Assembly (NCBI GenBank): GCA_977030845.1
Contig: OZ365110.1
Span: 35,526,001 to 35,590,000, forward strand
DNA: 64,000 nucleotides
Origin: Fimbriosthenelais zetlandica
Taxonomy: Eukaryota
Direction: 5' to 3'
The stretch's first letter is position 1; each line of letters opens with the position of its first letter. Positions 27,974 through 41,200 of this stretch are shown here, piece after piece. The notes under the pieces are model-generated. The model had not been told where the DNA came from and made no database searches. It saw only the letters and a list, made by a program, of their open reading frames with translations. The translations under genes were made by a program, and so were the position numbers.

Positions 27974-29132
27974 AGTCCTTCTGACTCCCTCCTACTCCTC
28001 CGCCTACCTCCGCATCTCACAATATGTAGCCTACAATTATTACAAATTGGATTCCCTGAATCAGAATCCAAAGACTTTTAGTCTCCTATTGAAAAACAAT
28101 TAATGGGGTGAACGTTTGGGGGAAGGCGTCAAGGGTGGAGGTAAGGATGAGAGAGGATGGTGTTGCCTCGGGCCATGTTCGCCTATGTTCGGCGCCGCTC
28201 GGGCGCGAACAGGTCATCTATAATATATACGATTGAGTATGTGTTTCACTGACTTAGAGTTATAAAACAATGACAATAAACAGGCTGATTTAAAAGGAGA
28301 ACCAGATACACTTGACATTAAACGTTGGCTGCATATTGTCTGAGTAAGATTGGGCATCTCCACAGTGCTCAGTAATGTTCTTCTTTTCGGGGCCTTCGAA
28401 CAGCATTTGTGGATAGGAAATGACCAAAGTATTGTTGAACCCTTTATCCCATCCTCTCAAGAGATAATTGAAAGAAAGTCCAATTTTCCTATCCCATCTA
28501 CTCCTTTTACAGTAGGATTTTGAATGAAAACTGAAATGTTTTCCCCAATCGACTAAAAGTGGACATGATCTTGTGGGCGTTTATCATTCAACACAATAGG
28601 TGTTTGAAAGGTAATACAGATTTGAAAAGAGAATGGGAGAATATTCCATTTGAACTGCATTACATGGCCATCCCAACTCTATGAGTTCTATATCAGTTGA
28701 GAAGAGATTGTGTTACGTCAACTGGTTCAGTTACAAGACCATTATAATCAAATTCACCGGGAGAAATAGTTGATGGATGTGTTGTAAGAGTTAGAGGGTC
28801 ACTGTATGAGAGAATGGTAATTTGTAAAGGGCATTAAGGGATAATTGATGATCGGATTTTCAATGTGAAACCATTACATGCCAGACATTGACAAGTAACA
28901 TATGCTTTGAACTGGTGAATGTTAACCGTTTCACTGAGCGAGTAGACTGCGCCTGGTTGTTCGCATTTTTTATTGAGAACGAAACAAAAAAAGCTCCAAC
29001 CTTGCTACCGTATGAGTGATGCGTAACATATCCATTGTTTCATCTTGGTTTTTAGTTGCTTCGAAGTTAATTTTTAAATATATGATTGATGATAGTAAAT
29101 TAATCAGAACCACTTCACTTTGACTTTTGCAG

Positions 29133-29204
29133 GGACTTGAGCTACAACAAGATGAAAGTCATCGGAAGGAAAACACTCAAAGGGGCTCCATTATTACGGA
29201 ATTT
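29133..29204 (+). CDS. slit: slit exon (about vertebrate exon 5), 72 nt, one LRR: [23 protein letters not shown](L)
   Basis: Acceptor tgacttttgcag, donor gtaagt, phase 2/2. Confidence 0.93.
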
Positions 29205-32200
29205 GTAAGTTGTCATTTGCTCCAATTTCTTACCCTTCACGTAATGTACCATACCTATAAAATGATAAAAGTGTACGAATGGTTCAAAGCTGACATTATG
29301 GTAAGGTTGATATTTATTTTTCCTCACTCTTCCTTCCATGCGGGTATGGTTTATTTTTTATCACTCTATCTAAGCTTTGGCAGCTGTCTATGAATGGGTT
29401 CATTCTTGTATTTTTCTCTGTTTAGATGGGTTCAAACGCATCAAGCCCTCACTTTGGGGCTCGTTTCCCTGTTTTTAACTGGTCCAGTTTTCAACTCTGT
29501 CCTTCTACATTGTTTTTATAATGTCAAGCCTGTCGTTGCCCTTTCTATAAACTAACGTATCAAACCGTGGTGAGAAACCTGTGGAGTGATACCGTATCAC
29601 TTCCAAGCACTGAACGGGTTACTCCTTTTCTGTAACCTGTCTGTCTGTCGTCAAGGCAACAAAATAGGCAAAAGCTTCCAAGTTTGGTACCAGTTGTAAC
29701 GTTGACAAGACCTACAGGCAATTGATGTATGCACCCAGAAAAGGCCTTGTCTCCATTAGAGGAAATTGCCCGTGTCTCGACTGTTAAATGTCAAATCCTA
29801 CGCAAAATTTTGTGCATGCCCTTTCCTTATAGATTGATCTTGTATTTGGAATCATTTCCCCTTGCAATTTCATTGCTTTTAAATTAAAATCTGAGTGATG
29901 AAGTTTGAACGGAGACTTTATACTGTACAAATCATCCTCAGGGTATGGGATTTCCTCATCACTTTTACATATTTTAATTTTCCAGACAAATGGACAATAA
30001 CGAAATTTCATGCATCACAGATGTCGCCCTCAAAGGGTTGAAAGACATGGAAATACTGTAAGTATCAATTTATCATCACTATAAATGCTTAATATTTTGC
30101 CTCGTGTACAGTTTTGTTTTAAACCAAAATCCATTGCATTGCAGAAGTCATTAAAAAGATTCGAGTCACTTCTTTTTTCCATATCCTGTTAATTCACATA
30201 TTACAAATTGAGTAGAAATGTGTGGCCATAATTTTCTCATTTCGCAAGTTCACTTTCAGATTCTAACATTCCCAAGTCTCAGGATATGGCTATGACTACT
30301 TGATTATTTTGACTTTTCAGAACAATCAACAAGAACAATCTTACGACGTTACCACGAGATATATTTTTGGGCATGAACAAGTTACGAATTGCGTGAGTAA
30401 TTTATCTTCTTTTTTCCAAAATAAATATACGGGATTTTATTTCTTAAATATATGAATAATCTACAAATTTATACAATTTACAATCATATATGATTTATAC
30501 ACATGTAGAGATGTACCACAATTTTCCACATATAGTGTTCCTCCCTAATCTATTCCCAACATAACCTCTCCCTTTTCGAGATGTCCCAGGCCATTCTCAC
30601 CCTCATTTTCATTTCCTTCCCCATCCTGTGCCTTTGGCCTTCCACAGTCCTATTTATGGTTTGTACAACCCCTGTGTTGTGAGGTCAGAATCCAGAATAA
30701 GGAGGTTGATGCCCCTTTCCCTGACAATGTCTGTCTGTATATTTTTTCAGGCGTATTGCTGACAATGCCCTTGTATGTGACTGCCATGTGTCCTGGCTTG
30801 CTCGCTGGCTTAGGATGCACCCCACACTTGCCCTCTTCACAAAGTGCGATACTCCCAAGCATCTCAAGAGTGTGGAGATAGCTGAGCTACACGAGTCGGA
30901 CTTCCAATGTTCAGGTGAGTGGCTCATCTGTTTCTAGATTAATCTGAAATACATGATAGGCTTTCATGGTGGCTCTGCAATTTGGGCCTCCTTTTAATCT
31001 TTGAGTTGTTGATTTTGAATACGGGAACCCAAAATGCAGTTACATAAAATTATTGAAGATTTACTCGCCCCCTTCTTTCAAGACTAGAATACACTGATTT
31101 TTTTTTGAGGTTTTTAAAGAACACTTTATTCAACCAAATTCTCGTTGATCTTGGTTCTCGTTGAACTATATAATAGTTCCTTCCCGGTCCTTTCTCTCAA
31201 TTACCTGCATTTCCCAGCCACCCTGTCACTCCTCCAAGCAGTGGGAGTCGGCCTCCGTATTCTAGAAACCCTACAGGAGACACTGAAAGTAAAGGAGACA
31301 GGCAAGCCTTACATGGGCTCCTCGTGAGAGAAGCTCTAAGTGAGCCATGTTTTAGCTTGGGTGGCGGTTGACACAGCTATTGGCACCTACTGTCTTAGGC
31401 GTCAGTCCTTGTCTCCAAAACAAGAGGTTCCCTGCCTCCATGAAAACAGACTACAGACCTGACCCTTGGAATGTCATTCAATTCCTCACCACCCACTCGT
31501 CTTGCTCAAGGCTGCCATATATTCATTGGCCTAATTAGCGAGGGGAGAGCTCAGGAGGTTATTATTATGGTGATTAATGAAAAAGACAAGACATGTTTTT
31601 GCGACTGGCAATCGCTGTTCTTTTTATTGATCTGAGAGCGTGGGAGGGGTGGCAATTGATTGCAAAGGAGCAGAGCTTTAGGTTGATTCTCAAGCAGCTT
31701 TTATATTTTAATCCTCATAGCTGGGAATTTAATTTAAGTTCAAACTTAATCGGGTCATGTACCTAATCATCAACAGCACTGTAAAAAAGCATTGCATTGA
31801 TCTATACTAATTTATATTTCAAATGGCAGAAAGGCTGTCTGTGGCGTTCTTTTGATCAAAACATATGCCTGATTTATATAAAAAATATGATCATTCTAGT
31901 GGCAAGTCTACTGGCTTGAGATAAAACATTGTGCCAGCCAGCTTTGTGGAGTGATGTAAGAGTGAATCTACAAGCAACATCGAAAGATTCATGTTGATGG
32001 ACTGGCTTAAAGTTTTAGAAATAATGGCCCCGAGTCTGCAAGGACAAGAAAGGGCAGACACTGTAGGGTAGATGGTTGACACGTGGATGTCTCATGAGCC
32101 AGTGGGGAATTTACTGTCCTCAGAGACCTCAAATCCCAGGGATGATTTGCCAGACCTATCAAATCCTCTTTACTTTATAGCAGAATGCTTTTATGACGAG

Positions 32201-35200
32201 GAATTGCTTGTGTGTTTTATATCAAACCAGAATATTGAAGAGGAAAAAAGATGGTTTGATTTACCTCCTTCCCTCGGACGAGGATGCTCCTTGGAATTTT
32301 TCACTCCAGCCCTGGCTTAGTGCGCCTAAGCTTGGTGTCTGTACCCATCCCTGTTTTTATAAATGTCCTGGATTTAACACCCACTTGATGTAAATACAAA
32401 AAGGAGTAAGATACATTCTGAAGTAATGTTAAGCAATGTTGATGGATAATTCTAGAGCGACTTGTCCATTTAGTTTTTGTTAATATGTAGCGCGAAGGAG
32501 CCGAAGGACATGATGGATCCGTGTATGGATGGATTAAATTCTCCACCTCTGGGTTAGCTGAAGCTCATGTCCATCAAATGGAATTGTTATTGGCACCAGT
32601 GAAGGACCTCCTCGCTATAATGCAATAGACTCAAGTCCAGCGGTTATAACAACATTAGAGATCACATAAGACGACCCAGCCTTCAGGCTTCATATTTCAC
32701 CCTGCCTTCCCAGATGAAGGTTTTGTGTGACCCTCTGGTAAAAATAAATTCACTTTATGGGCCAACACTAAAGGCTTGCTGTTTTGTGTCATAGTCGGTT
32801 TACTACTTAGGACATAAACGCAGAGACATCCCCGATTTGGGCAGTTCAAAGGAGCTACGCTACTTAAGAACTGGATCGACAAGACCATATCAACATATTG
32901 ATATAATAAAACACCTAGAAATCAATGCAGAAAACATTTATTCTTTGCTTGGAATCTCTGATACATGCAGTTGGAGATAAATGCATGTCATAGCATTGAA
33001 AGGATGATGGCCTTTGATTAGGTCTAGTATAAGTATTTCTCATTGACTAATCATCCCTCTGTCTGTCCTGTGAACGTTACTGTATGAAAGGCCTGAGTAC
33101 CATTTCATTATCCACATAAAATTCTCCTCTTTGATGTGCCATGATCACTAAGATAGCAACTGAGGTCACAAGGAGTTCAGGGAAGAGAAGGGGAGAGGTT
33201 ATCAGGCTTGTATCTCTGAGGACGTGCAAGAATGGTCCTCCAAGACACACCCCAGGATGAAGAGGAGGGATGTCCTCCAGTCATGGTCCGGAGACCCTGA
33301 CACTGAAGTCAGGATGCCCTGGAGGGGTGGGGGGAAGGACAACCTGTAGTCTGAAAATAGGAAAAGGATGCCAGCATTGAAAGAGTGCAATGCTGACATG
33401 GTAGGGGACTGGGTGACTGTCCTCTCCTTGAGGCTATATGGGTTAATAGCCCGCTACATTCATTACAGTCTCTCAGAGGCTATTCACAGATGTTTGTTAC
33501 TTCCAAAGTTAGAGGCCAAAAGCATTCCCATTAACGTGATCACTGGCATACATAGGCGCTCTCGGTTAAAAGCTTCGACGCTTAAAAGCTCGATTTATTC
33601 TCGAAGATTTTTGCACATTAAGTCCTGTAGAGTAATGTGCCCTGATAGGTCTCGTATTGAAGCCCTTGCATTATTGGATATTTTGAGTAGCCGTCAATGG
33701 GCCGTTTACTATCAGAATACCATCATTCAAGGCATCATAAAATAAAAATATCTCATCCTTATGGATAAAAAACGCTTCAAGACTCCTTGCGAAAGAATTC
33801 TGCTTCAAAAGTGGAGGACTTTCCGTGACCAATCCAATATGAAACCTTAGACAGTATGCCTTAGAGATATTGTCAATGCGGGCGTCTCTGCTTTCATCAC
33901 ATGAGGCATATTCATGGGACATCAAAGGCAAAATCAGCCTTCCCCAACCAAATCCTGGCCAGAGCTCTATTTTCTTGGACCGCCATGTATTACAGATTGA
34001 TTATTGAACCGCGTCTCGGATTTCGTGCGGGACTGCTCTCCCTTCCGCCGGAAGTAGCGCCGATGGTCAGTGCTCGTGGTTGGCGCCAGTTGAAGCGCCT
34101 CCCTGCGGCCTCCGGACAGCGGTCAAGTGGGGCCGCCGCCTGGAGGTTAGAGGTCAGTCATACAACGAGGTGGGCAACGAGGATAGACAACCAGGGTCAG
34201 TGTTTGGAAGAAAGCAAGGGTTAGATGAGGTGGTCGGGGTAAATGGCCGGAGATGAGGCCTGGCTTCAGGCAAGAGATGTAAATTGTGTTATCAGCGCTG
34301 CAGTTGAAGAATTTCAATACACCATGATCAAGACATGGCCAACCTTCCACTATTCCTTATACTTTATTGTGAAAAGTTTGGTGGTTTTACCATAGATGCA
34401 AAATGGTCTTTGGCTAGACAAGTTTCCTTTTCTAACTGGCACTACCAAGAAGTTTCAAGCGACTTTCTTAATGGCAATTTTTTCTATAGAGTGTATCATC
34501 TCCTTCATCCGGACATCAAAGTGTAAAACTTTCACACTTAAAAAGTCCCGTTTTACTGTTTACCACCCAACATTTCAGAGCTTATAGTCTCTAATTAATT
34601 AGAAAGTCCGGGTGTCATTCTCCAAGTTTGAATTGGCTTTGGACTGAGCCAATTGAAAAGGACATTTACCAATTCGAGGCTAGTCCATGTTGATTGGTTG
34701 AGGCTGGTGTCACGTGATTATATCCGGGTACAAGACACAATCTCCGCGAAACGTGAAAGCCGAGGAGGGCTAGGCGAATCCGATGTGTCCGACTTTCAAC
34801 CATTCACCACTCCTCCATGGCTGGCTCTCTGTTGTACTTTAAGATTGCTTCTTTGGAATTTTCTTACTGTTGACTGATTGGATGCTGCTAGAGCTGTGAG
34901 ATCTTTTTTCTCTCCTTTTCGAAAGGAAATGCATGCTGCCCTGTCTACTGGCTTGGGAGAAGGTAGTTTGTTAAGTATTGAGAGTGCCTGCCACTTGAGT
35001 ATAGGGGCTAGAGCAAATTAGAAGTGTTTTGTACCGCCGGGCTCAGTGGTAGAAATGGAAGAAGATCGATTGAAGGCTTAGTTTCATACATACAAAGTGT
35101 TTCCCGGAATGAAGCCCTTTCGATTGGTGTTGACTGTAAGGGGTAGGCTTATTGGCCTTGTTCCTCATCTACCATGCCGGACACACCATCACTTTAATCA

Positions 35201-38200
35201 CAAGCCAATAAGTTGAGCCCTTTTTTAATCAAGACATCTAATCCCGCCTGTGTCACTTTACCCCCGTGTATCTCACGTCTCTGAGCAGATTGACTCCTAC
35301 TGCCAGGCCCTTTGTCTGAGCTGCTCTTTCTAAGGCTTCATTGCCACACCTTTGGCAGAAGTGGAGCTATTCGCTCGTGAGGGCCACTCATCAATGCCCC
35401 TCAACAATGGTCCCTATGGACCTTGCCAGCAGGAACCGGAAGCTGCCAATGGCCTCCCTGCGACTCCAAAGAATACCTTCGCTAACCCCGGCCTATATTT
35501 CCAGGAGTTGCTCTCCTTGCTGGCCAACATATAAATGTCTACCCCCTGGCAGCGCTGTGCAAAGGTTGATAAGGAGTAATCTTCAACTCCAATGTTTCCA
35601 CATGAGAGGCTGTAATTTTACAGGCACATTGTGACCCATCAGCGGTTGCCTGAAGATTATAGGTGGGAGAGGGCTTGGAAGGGAGTGTCACGGAGACTTC
35701 TATAATGTACTCGTGCACCTCTTTGATTGGTTGACTAATATCCCCATTTGCTGCTACATAACACACAGCTCACTGCCACCATTGATTGCCCCGAGCCTCC
35801 TCAATGAACCGCCGGACATGGATTGGCGCTTCAATGCGGAGGCATTAGGCCTTCCTCCGGGAAACTTTCTATGACAATAGCCTCGTCGTGAGGCAAACGA
35901 CAATGGCTTTTCTTCACAGGGAGTTCAACCTGGAATGCTTTCTTGCCTCCCTCGTGGTATGCCTCTAACACTTTGAAAGCCCGCAGTTTCAGGACTTTTT
36001 TGTGGGAGTTATAACATCTTTGCAGCATCGAGTCATTTTCCTTGTAGTCAATGTATGATATCCCTTAAATGATGCTGGGACTCCAATAAATCACTCTGGA
36101 TGCAACTATAATTATGAATTTAAATAGTATAAGTCACTTCATACCCAATTGCCCAAATAATTCCATTTCCAACGAATTCAGAATTGGCTCCATATATTTT
36201 GAATATTTGAGGTTCCAGGTGTTAACCAGAAGGGTGTGTAAAGGAGAAGACCAGGATATATATATGATTCAAACTTCTCATTACCGATGTACATTCTAGA
36301 AGGGCTCTTGTGAATGCAGGTGAGCTGGAGTGAAATAACCTCACCCCAGGCCTTCAAGGATCCATTACACCCCCTAAGTATCCACGTAATATCTGCACTT
36401 GACATACCCATGACCCTCAACCTTCGGAAGAGTTCATTCGTGAAGACATTTAAAACCAGGAGCTGCATGGGGAGGCTCCGAACTTTACAGCCAATCGCTT
36501 GCAACCTGCATATATATTTTTTTTCTCCTGAAGAACGTATGGCTCGCTGTTCATCCGAGGCATTGCATGGTTCCCATGGAAATTCCCTTCTTCCCTGAAC
36601 ATAACCCTTAGGCTCATCACTGTGCTAGGTTTCAAACACAAGGGATGGAGCCCAGACAAAGGTCAAAGGTTGGGCTAAATGATGGTGTCTGTATATTTGC
36701 TTGGAAATGCCGATAAACCAATTTTGGTTCTGTTCTTTGCTGTAGTAGTGATTGTCTTTGAAATGATCTTTTAGGTCTTTAATGACGTCTTGATTATTAA
36801 GCTCATTTCCATCTACCATAAGACCAAAAAAATCTACTTACATCAAGTCATGTATGAATTCATGAGATTGTCCAATATTATGGCCTCAAGGATGATTCAT
36901 AACATCTGGGTCCTGGATACACAATAATAAATCAGATATAACATTAATGAAAACTGATTTATATTTTGGCCAAGAGCAGCATAGACGAGTAGCACACCTG
37001 CATGATCCCTGGATCTTGAAAAAAAATATTTGTATCAAATTAAAAGCTCATTTTGGAAATGAATTAATTTTATATTGATACTTAATATATAATATATTAT
37101 ATATTTGAAGTGGGCAGTTTTTGAAGAGATTTTTCATCAACATGTCCCGTGTGTTAAAAACTGTTTTTAGTGACCAACCAATAGATACATGGGAGTGTTA
37201 ATGGATACCTAGGGAGCTTTAATATTAATCAACATTAGGAATAAATGCATAAAGCAATACATAGCCTGGAGGAATGCCCGCCGACTGGCCTGGCTCCAGA
37301 CGGGTATATTAGTATGGCCATCAAGGCCACACCTGTGTCTATTGGACTAATGAAACAAGATCTTTTGGCAAGATCCTCTATGCCATTTCCTTGCCCGAAC
37401 GGGCGCCTCCGAGCTGTCCTACCAGTTGCATTAATTATAGAAAGTAACTCCTCAATGTCCTTATCTTCCCCTTCAAAGTGATGGACAAATACACGAGGAG
37501 GTAATTTAGCTGGAGTATTGCAGATAAAGTCCCTGGGTGTCCCAACTCGACTGCATTCAGTTCGTCTCGGACTCTGGGTCAATTTTGTTACCCATAAAGA
37601 TGCATGGAAAAGTCCCTCAGTCTCTTTTTTTTCCTGAAGAATATTTCTGGTGCAATCCTTTTCTGAAAGCCTTGATCATCTTAAGGGATCTGGGCTGGTA
37701 AAAAGCTCTCTGATTTAAAAAGCTTTACTGGGCATTTAACTGCAGTACGTCTTCCACAATGACTTCTCCATTGTCTGCAGTGACAGCAAAGTGCTGACGA
37801 TTATTGCCTTAAGGTTTGGTAAAAAGTAGCAGGTCGATAAATAAAGAAACTCATTAGTGATGCTGTCAGGAGTCAATAGACCCCCCATTGAGTCGGTTCA
37901 TTACCGTGCTGGGAGTCTGTGAACTACATACTGTACATGGGAGGGAATTTGGCACGCTGTCACCTATAGAGTCTGGCTATTCAGGCGAGGTAGGATCGAG
38001 ACGGCCAGCTCTGCCCAGAGGCACCATCCTCGCCACAGCCTGGCAAAGATAGAGCTTCCAAATAAATCAAGCCACTACTGAAAGTATCATCACACATATT
38101 TTCCATCGGCTAGCCCATCCATATTTGCATGAATCCCAGGGATGATGGAGTTGATGCTGTCCTCACTGTATAGAGTCACTGACATTGTGACTGACTGCAA

Positions 38201-41200
38201 AACCATCTGCAGTACAAGATTATCACATTTTCGATGGCGTTTTTATGGATAGATCTTTCCCTGTCTGACACTTTTCAGTATCATAAATCCCCTTGACAGC
38301 CCAATACAATATAATCTGTCAGACATATTGGAAGTGACTTTGTCTCCCAATTTACACACAAGACAATTGTCTAGTACATGTAGTTGACCTATTCACTGCT
38401 GAACATTGTTCTTGTAGTGCTAAGAAGAGTGTAGTATACATTCTAATTTCTACAACGTGCGTGTATGGTACAAGAAATGATTATCACTCCCATTTCCCCA
38501 CAATATGTGATAGGGCAACTGTATAAAACTGCAACTATAAAGAATGTGAGAAACAAAACGCTGTAGATATATTTATACATCATCATGGATGTATGGTGAT
38601 CATTGCCTATAACTATCTGTTGGATAGTACATATTATATACATGGGAGAATATTAGTATACATCAAGAGGACTGTCCTGCATTGGGCCGATCTGTGTAAG
38701 ATTGGATCTGCCTCCTGCAGATGGGTTGCAGTTGCCAGCCGATTGGAATGAACCCAATCCCAAAGAGAACAATCTATTCAAGTCACAATGCAAAGGATGG
38801 TGGGGGCTTGCAAGAATATAACAATATGATGACAATTTCGAGTCTTGTCCCGATGTAGCAATGAATAGACAATGAAGCCAAAGTACTTTGAACACCAGTA
38901 TAGTAAATTTTCTGCCTTCTTTCCCCACTTCGAATTTTGTATTCAGTTGGCTACATTCACCGTCTGCCTTTACTTGACTCCTTACGTGGTAGAGGATCAG
39001 AATTGAATGAATCTTTCAGGAGACTATGGCCTGGAGATCTCCCATTCCAATGCCCTAATGCAGACTCTCCAAGCCCCTCAGACATGCACTGCACTCAGAA
39101 ATGTAATTGTATTAGTCAGTAGGGGATTGGTAGGGGACATGTTGAAAATACCTTATGCTCTTGATAATTGCACTCATTTACTCTGAACGAGCCACCGTTT
39201 CTCCACAACCATTTCTCGATTCTTTTCCTTCACACATGAAAAACAAAATTTAATCCCATCTCAAAGTCATTAATAATCTGTTCACAAGAGGGGCGATTGA
39301 TTCAGAAATGATTAAATAATTTTGATCGATTTTATGAAACATTCGGGTTCCTCATTTCGCACTGTCATAACTGCATTCGGGTTTTCCTTTCGGATGCCTT
39401 TAGATAATGAGTATTATATTGTTTGTTTTCGGTAATTGATGATGATCATTTTTCGCCTGCAGATAATGACCAGCCGAGCCCTCATTCTATGGAGTGTACC
39501 GTACCACCAATATGTCCACCTCCCTGTGTCTGCACGGACGGTATAGTGGACTGCCGAGACAAAGGAATTACAACCATCCCTGAAAATATACCAGAAACTG
39601 TCACAGAACTGTAAGATTCTTTCTCTGTATCATATCATCTCTTGTGTTTTAATAGCATTATACATACAAATTTGTTATGAATAGAAAACTATTGAATACA
39701 GAAATATACCGGTAATAAAAAATGATACGGTATCAGTTCTTGACCGAATTCCAGGACGAATTTGAAATTTTTTTTATGCTATGCAAATTTTAAAAGATAA
39801 TCAACGATACCCCTGGGTATGCCAAAGGATTTGACGCCATTTTTTCTTTGCTTTCAGACGTTTGGAGCAAAACCAAATTACATCAATTCCCTCGAGAGCG
39901 TTCATCCGATACAAGAGACTGAGGCGAATGTGAGTATTTCTCTTTCCAAAATGCTCTCTTTATGTGTTATTCTTGTCTCCCGTTTTTGAATTGATTTTAA
40001 ATTTGTCATGTCGGCCTTTCACGGCGAATAAAAACCTTTAGCTGGGGGAGTGTTTACATGGAGAATAAGGGACATGAATTGTGAATGAGGAGGCCTCGGG
40101 ATCTCCATTCAATTATTCACAATTGCCTTCGTTCAGTGGAGAATCATCGAGTTTCTCCGTTTAGTTTTCTCTCGGATGAAACCTGTCATTGATTTGTACA
40201 GGTCGGGCTGCATGCTGGGATGAGATAAGGTACTAACTGTATAACTATATATGTCAGATCATTGCAACACTGGCATTCTCTGCCTATGACCAACCGAAGC
40301 CTTTCTCTCCTTGGATTTCCTAAGACCAGGCAAATCAAAATCAATAATGCTTGAAGATTTTAATATCTTCCCACAATCTTCGTTACATAATGAATGGTGT
40401 TGATTGTGCTTGCCTGTGTTCATGATTTGCCCTAATTTCCCATCAGCGTTTGAAGTGGCATATTGGATGTTTAAAATGAAGTCATCATTTTGATTAAAGA
40501 ACGCTTGAGGCAACTATTCTAATGCACTGTTTAAGGTCACTTTATAATACATATCCTCACACAGCAGCTTGGCTCCGTGTCAACGTCCAATGTAAGTTTA
40601 AATCCCAAATGGCTAAAAGGTCATCAATTTCACTCATCCTAAAAGAGTGTGACAAGTCAGCGGTAATGATTTTACCTTTAATGCACTTTTCTTGTTCATC
40701 AAACCACTTGTCCGTGGATTGCACTAGCAGAAGGGAATTGATGATATTGGTCATCATATACATGTGGTGCTTATTGCAACATCAACATTCAGCAAACAAT
40801 TGTGTTGTGTCAATTGAATCCCTGCCTGAAAATGATGCACTGGCTATCGATGTATCCGTATAAACTCGTATATCTTTTAGAGGACACCATTTTAATGTCA
40901 CTTTAGTGACAACTATTGCCAGTGACCTATATCTATTTGGCTACTCATCGAGATGAAAATTGGACCTTGTTCAAATAAAATAAAGAACAGCTGTCGTCTG
41001 TGACGAAATGATCCATATTTGTTCCCTTTGGTCATCACTATATTCTCCTTTAATTGTTGGGTAGAGTTTTGAAACTCCCCATGCAAATAAATTTGGGATG
41101 TATGCATGCAGATATATTTATAAAGTGTTTATTTTGTCCGTGATTTATTTTTAGTGGCGGGTGTCAGTATGTATGTAGGTATGGAGGTCCTTTTACCAGT

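Noticed and set aside
29586-29602. agtgatac-c-gtatcact palindrome and other 6-8 bp palindromes
   Set aside because: About one such match is expected by chance in a window of this size.
30391-30751. Ala (gc|g) at a normally hydrophobic LRR position across the exon junction
   Set aside because: Both splice sites are canonical and the frame is intact. It is a conservative change at the terminal D1 repeat.
35352-35534. Protein-looking 60-aa ORF in intron 8 ([14 protein letters not shown]..)
   Set aside because: No homology recognised and no strong flanking splice sites. The region reads equally well as non-coding regulatory-type sequence.
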